A stretch of 47,581 nt of DNA from Euryarchaeota archaeon UBA229 (GTDB lineage: Archaea > Thermoplasmatota > Poseidoniia > Poseidoniales > Poseidoniaceae). Positions 47,069 through 47,581 of the stretch are shown here, one piece after another. The notes beneath the pieces were generated by a model. It did no database searches, had not been told where the DNA came from, and saw only the letters and a program-made list of their open reading frames with translations. A program made the translations under genes and the position numbers. Position 1 is the stretch's first letter. The number at the start of each line of letters is the position of its first letter. The stretch lies in the NCBI GenBank assembly GCA_002505355.1, contig DAUW01000076.1, positions 970 through 48,550 on the forward strand, written 5' to 3'.

Positions 47069-47581
47069 ATGTGGAGCCGCAAATCAGCAATGTTGGGTAG
47101 TTTAGCCATAGCAATGTATCTGCTTGGCTTGACGCTTCGAAATGAACAACTAGTAACCATTGCAGTTGTGATTTTCGTGTTCCTAACATGGGCCGCCTTA
47201 TTTGGCGGTCATGCCGATGTTGCTTCATCAGGAAGGCGGGCCGATGAATGGTCTGGAGAGGAAGGTATTGCCCTTGGCAGCGTAATCGCAATGCGAAAAT
47301 TATCCAGTGCCAGGTTATTTGAAGATGGAGAATTGAATGTCACACTGCGTATGCAGAATAACTCACCCCTGCCAAAAATTCTCGAGGTTAGAGATCGCGT
47401 GCCGGAAGTTATGAGAATCAAAGAAGGGTCAAACTACATTCTTATGGAATTAGGTCCGAGAAGAGAGACATTCATCGAATATACCATTGAATGTCCCCTT
47501 AGGGGATTTTACAGTATTGGCCCGGTCGCAGTACGGATCCAAGATCCATTTGGGCTATTTCACAAGGAAAAAGAAATGCAT
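47069..47581 (+). CDS. DUF58-family protein (partial, runs off the window end)
   Basis: Not in the ORF track. Manual translation gives MWSRKSAMLGSLAIAMYLLG...EVRDRVP...YTIECPLRGFYSIGPVAVRIQDPFGLF, the typical DUF58 N-terminal pattern; follows MoxR. Confidence 0.88.
   Translation, partial: MWSRKSAMLGSLAIAMYLLGLTLRNEQLVTIAVVIFVFLTWAALFGGHADVASSGRRADEWSGEEGIALGSVIAMRKLSSARLFEDGELNVTLRMQNNSPLPKILEVRDRVPEVMRIKEGSNYILMELGPRRETFIEYTIECPLRGFYSIGPVAVRIQDPFGLFHKEKEMH

Noticed and set aside
1..47581. CRISPR arrays, tRNA/rRNA, IS elements, integrases, prophage or defence systems
   Set aside because: Intergenic gaps are short (under about 180 bp), and no repeat-spacer pattern, cloverleaf or mobile-element protein motifs were recognised by eye.

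Overview
A gene-dense, housekeeping-like chromosomal segment of about 40 CDS. No tRNA, rRNA, CRISPR array or mobile element was recognised. The gene content is most consistent with a Marine Group II euryarchaeon (Ca. Poseidoniales); this is an inference from archaeal RibL and Gar1, archaeal lipobox and PGF-CTERM-like surface proteins, Thermoplasmata-type endonuclease IV, and many bacterial-type genes (gpsA, PlsC-like acyltransferase, orn, bacterial riboflavin synthase). The strongest candidate for a new system is at 8.4-12.3 kb. A lipoprotein there would probably be auto-annotated as phosphonate-binding PhnD, but it is a two-lobed protein carrying eukaryotic transferrin signature motifs, with the Fe(III) ligand set (Asp/Glu, Tyr, Tyr, His) in both lobes. 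It sits in an apparent operon with a PhnC/PhnE-like ABC ATPase and permease. Upstream, two DtxR/Idr-type operator palindromes (TTTAGG-N4-CCTAAA) flank a TATA-like box, suggesting an iron-repressed archaeal transferrin-ABC uptake system. Other notable items: a Gar1 H/ACA-RNP subunit fused to an Arg/Asp low-complexity region and a FUS/EWS-like RanBP2 zinc finger; a 4-hydroxybenzoyl-CoA reductase-like (hcrCAB) molybdoenzyme with maturation genes nearby; bacterial G3P-lipid enzymes; and a GNAT-PLP aminotransferase fusion. All calls are from motif recognition by eye; no searches were run.
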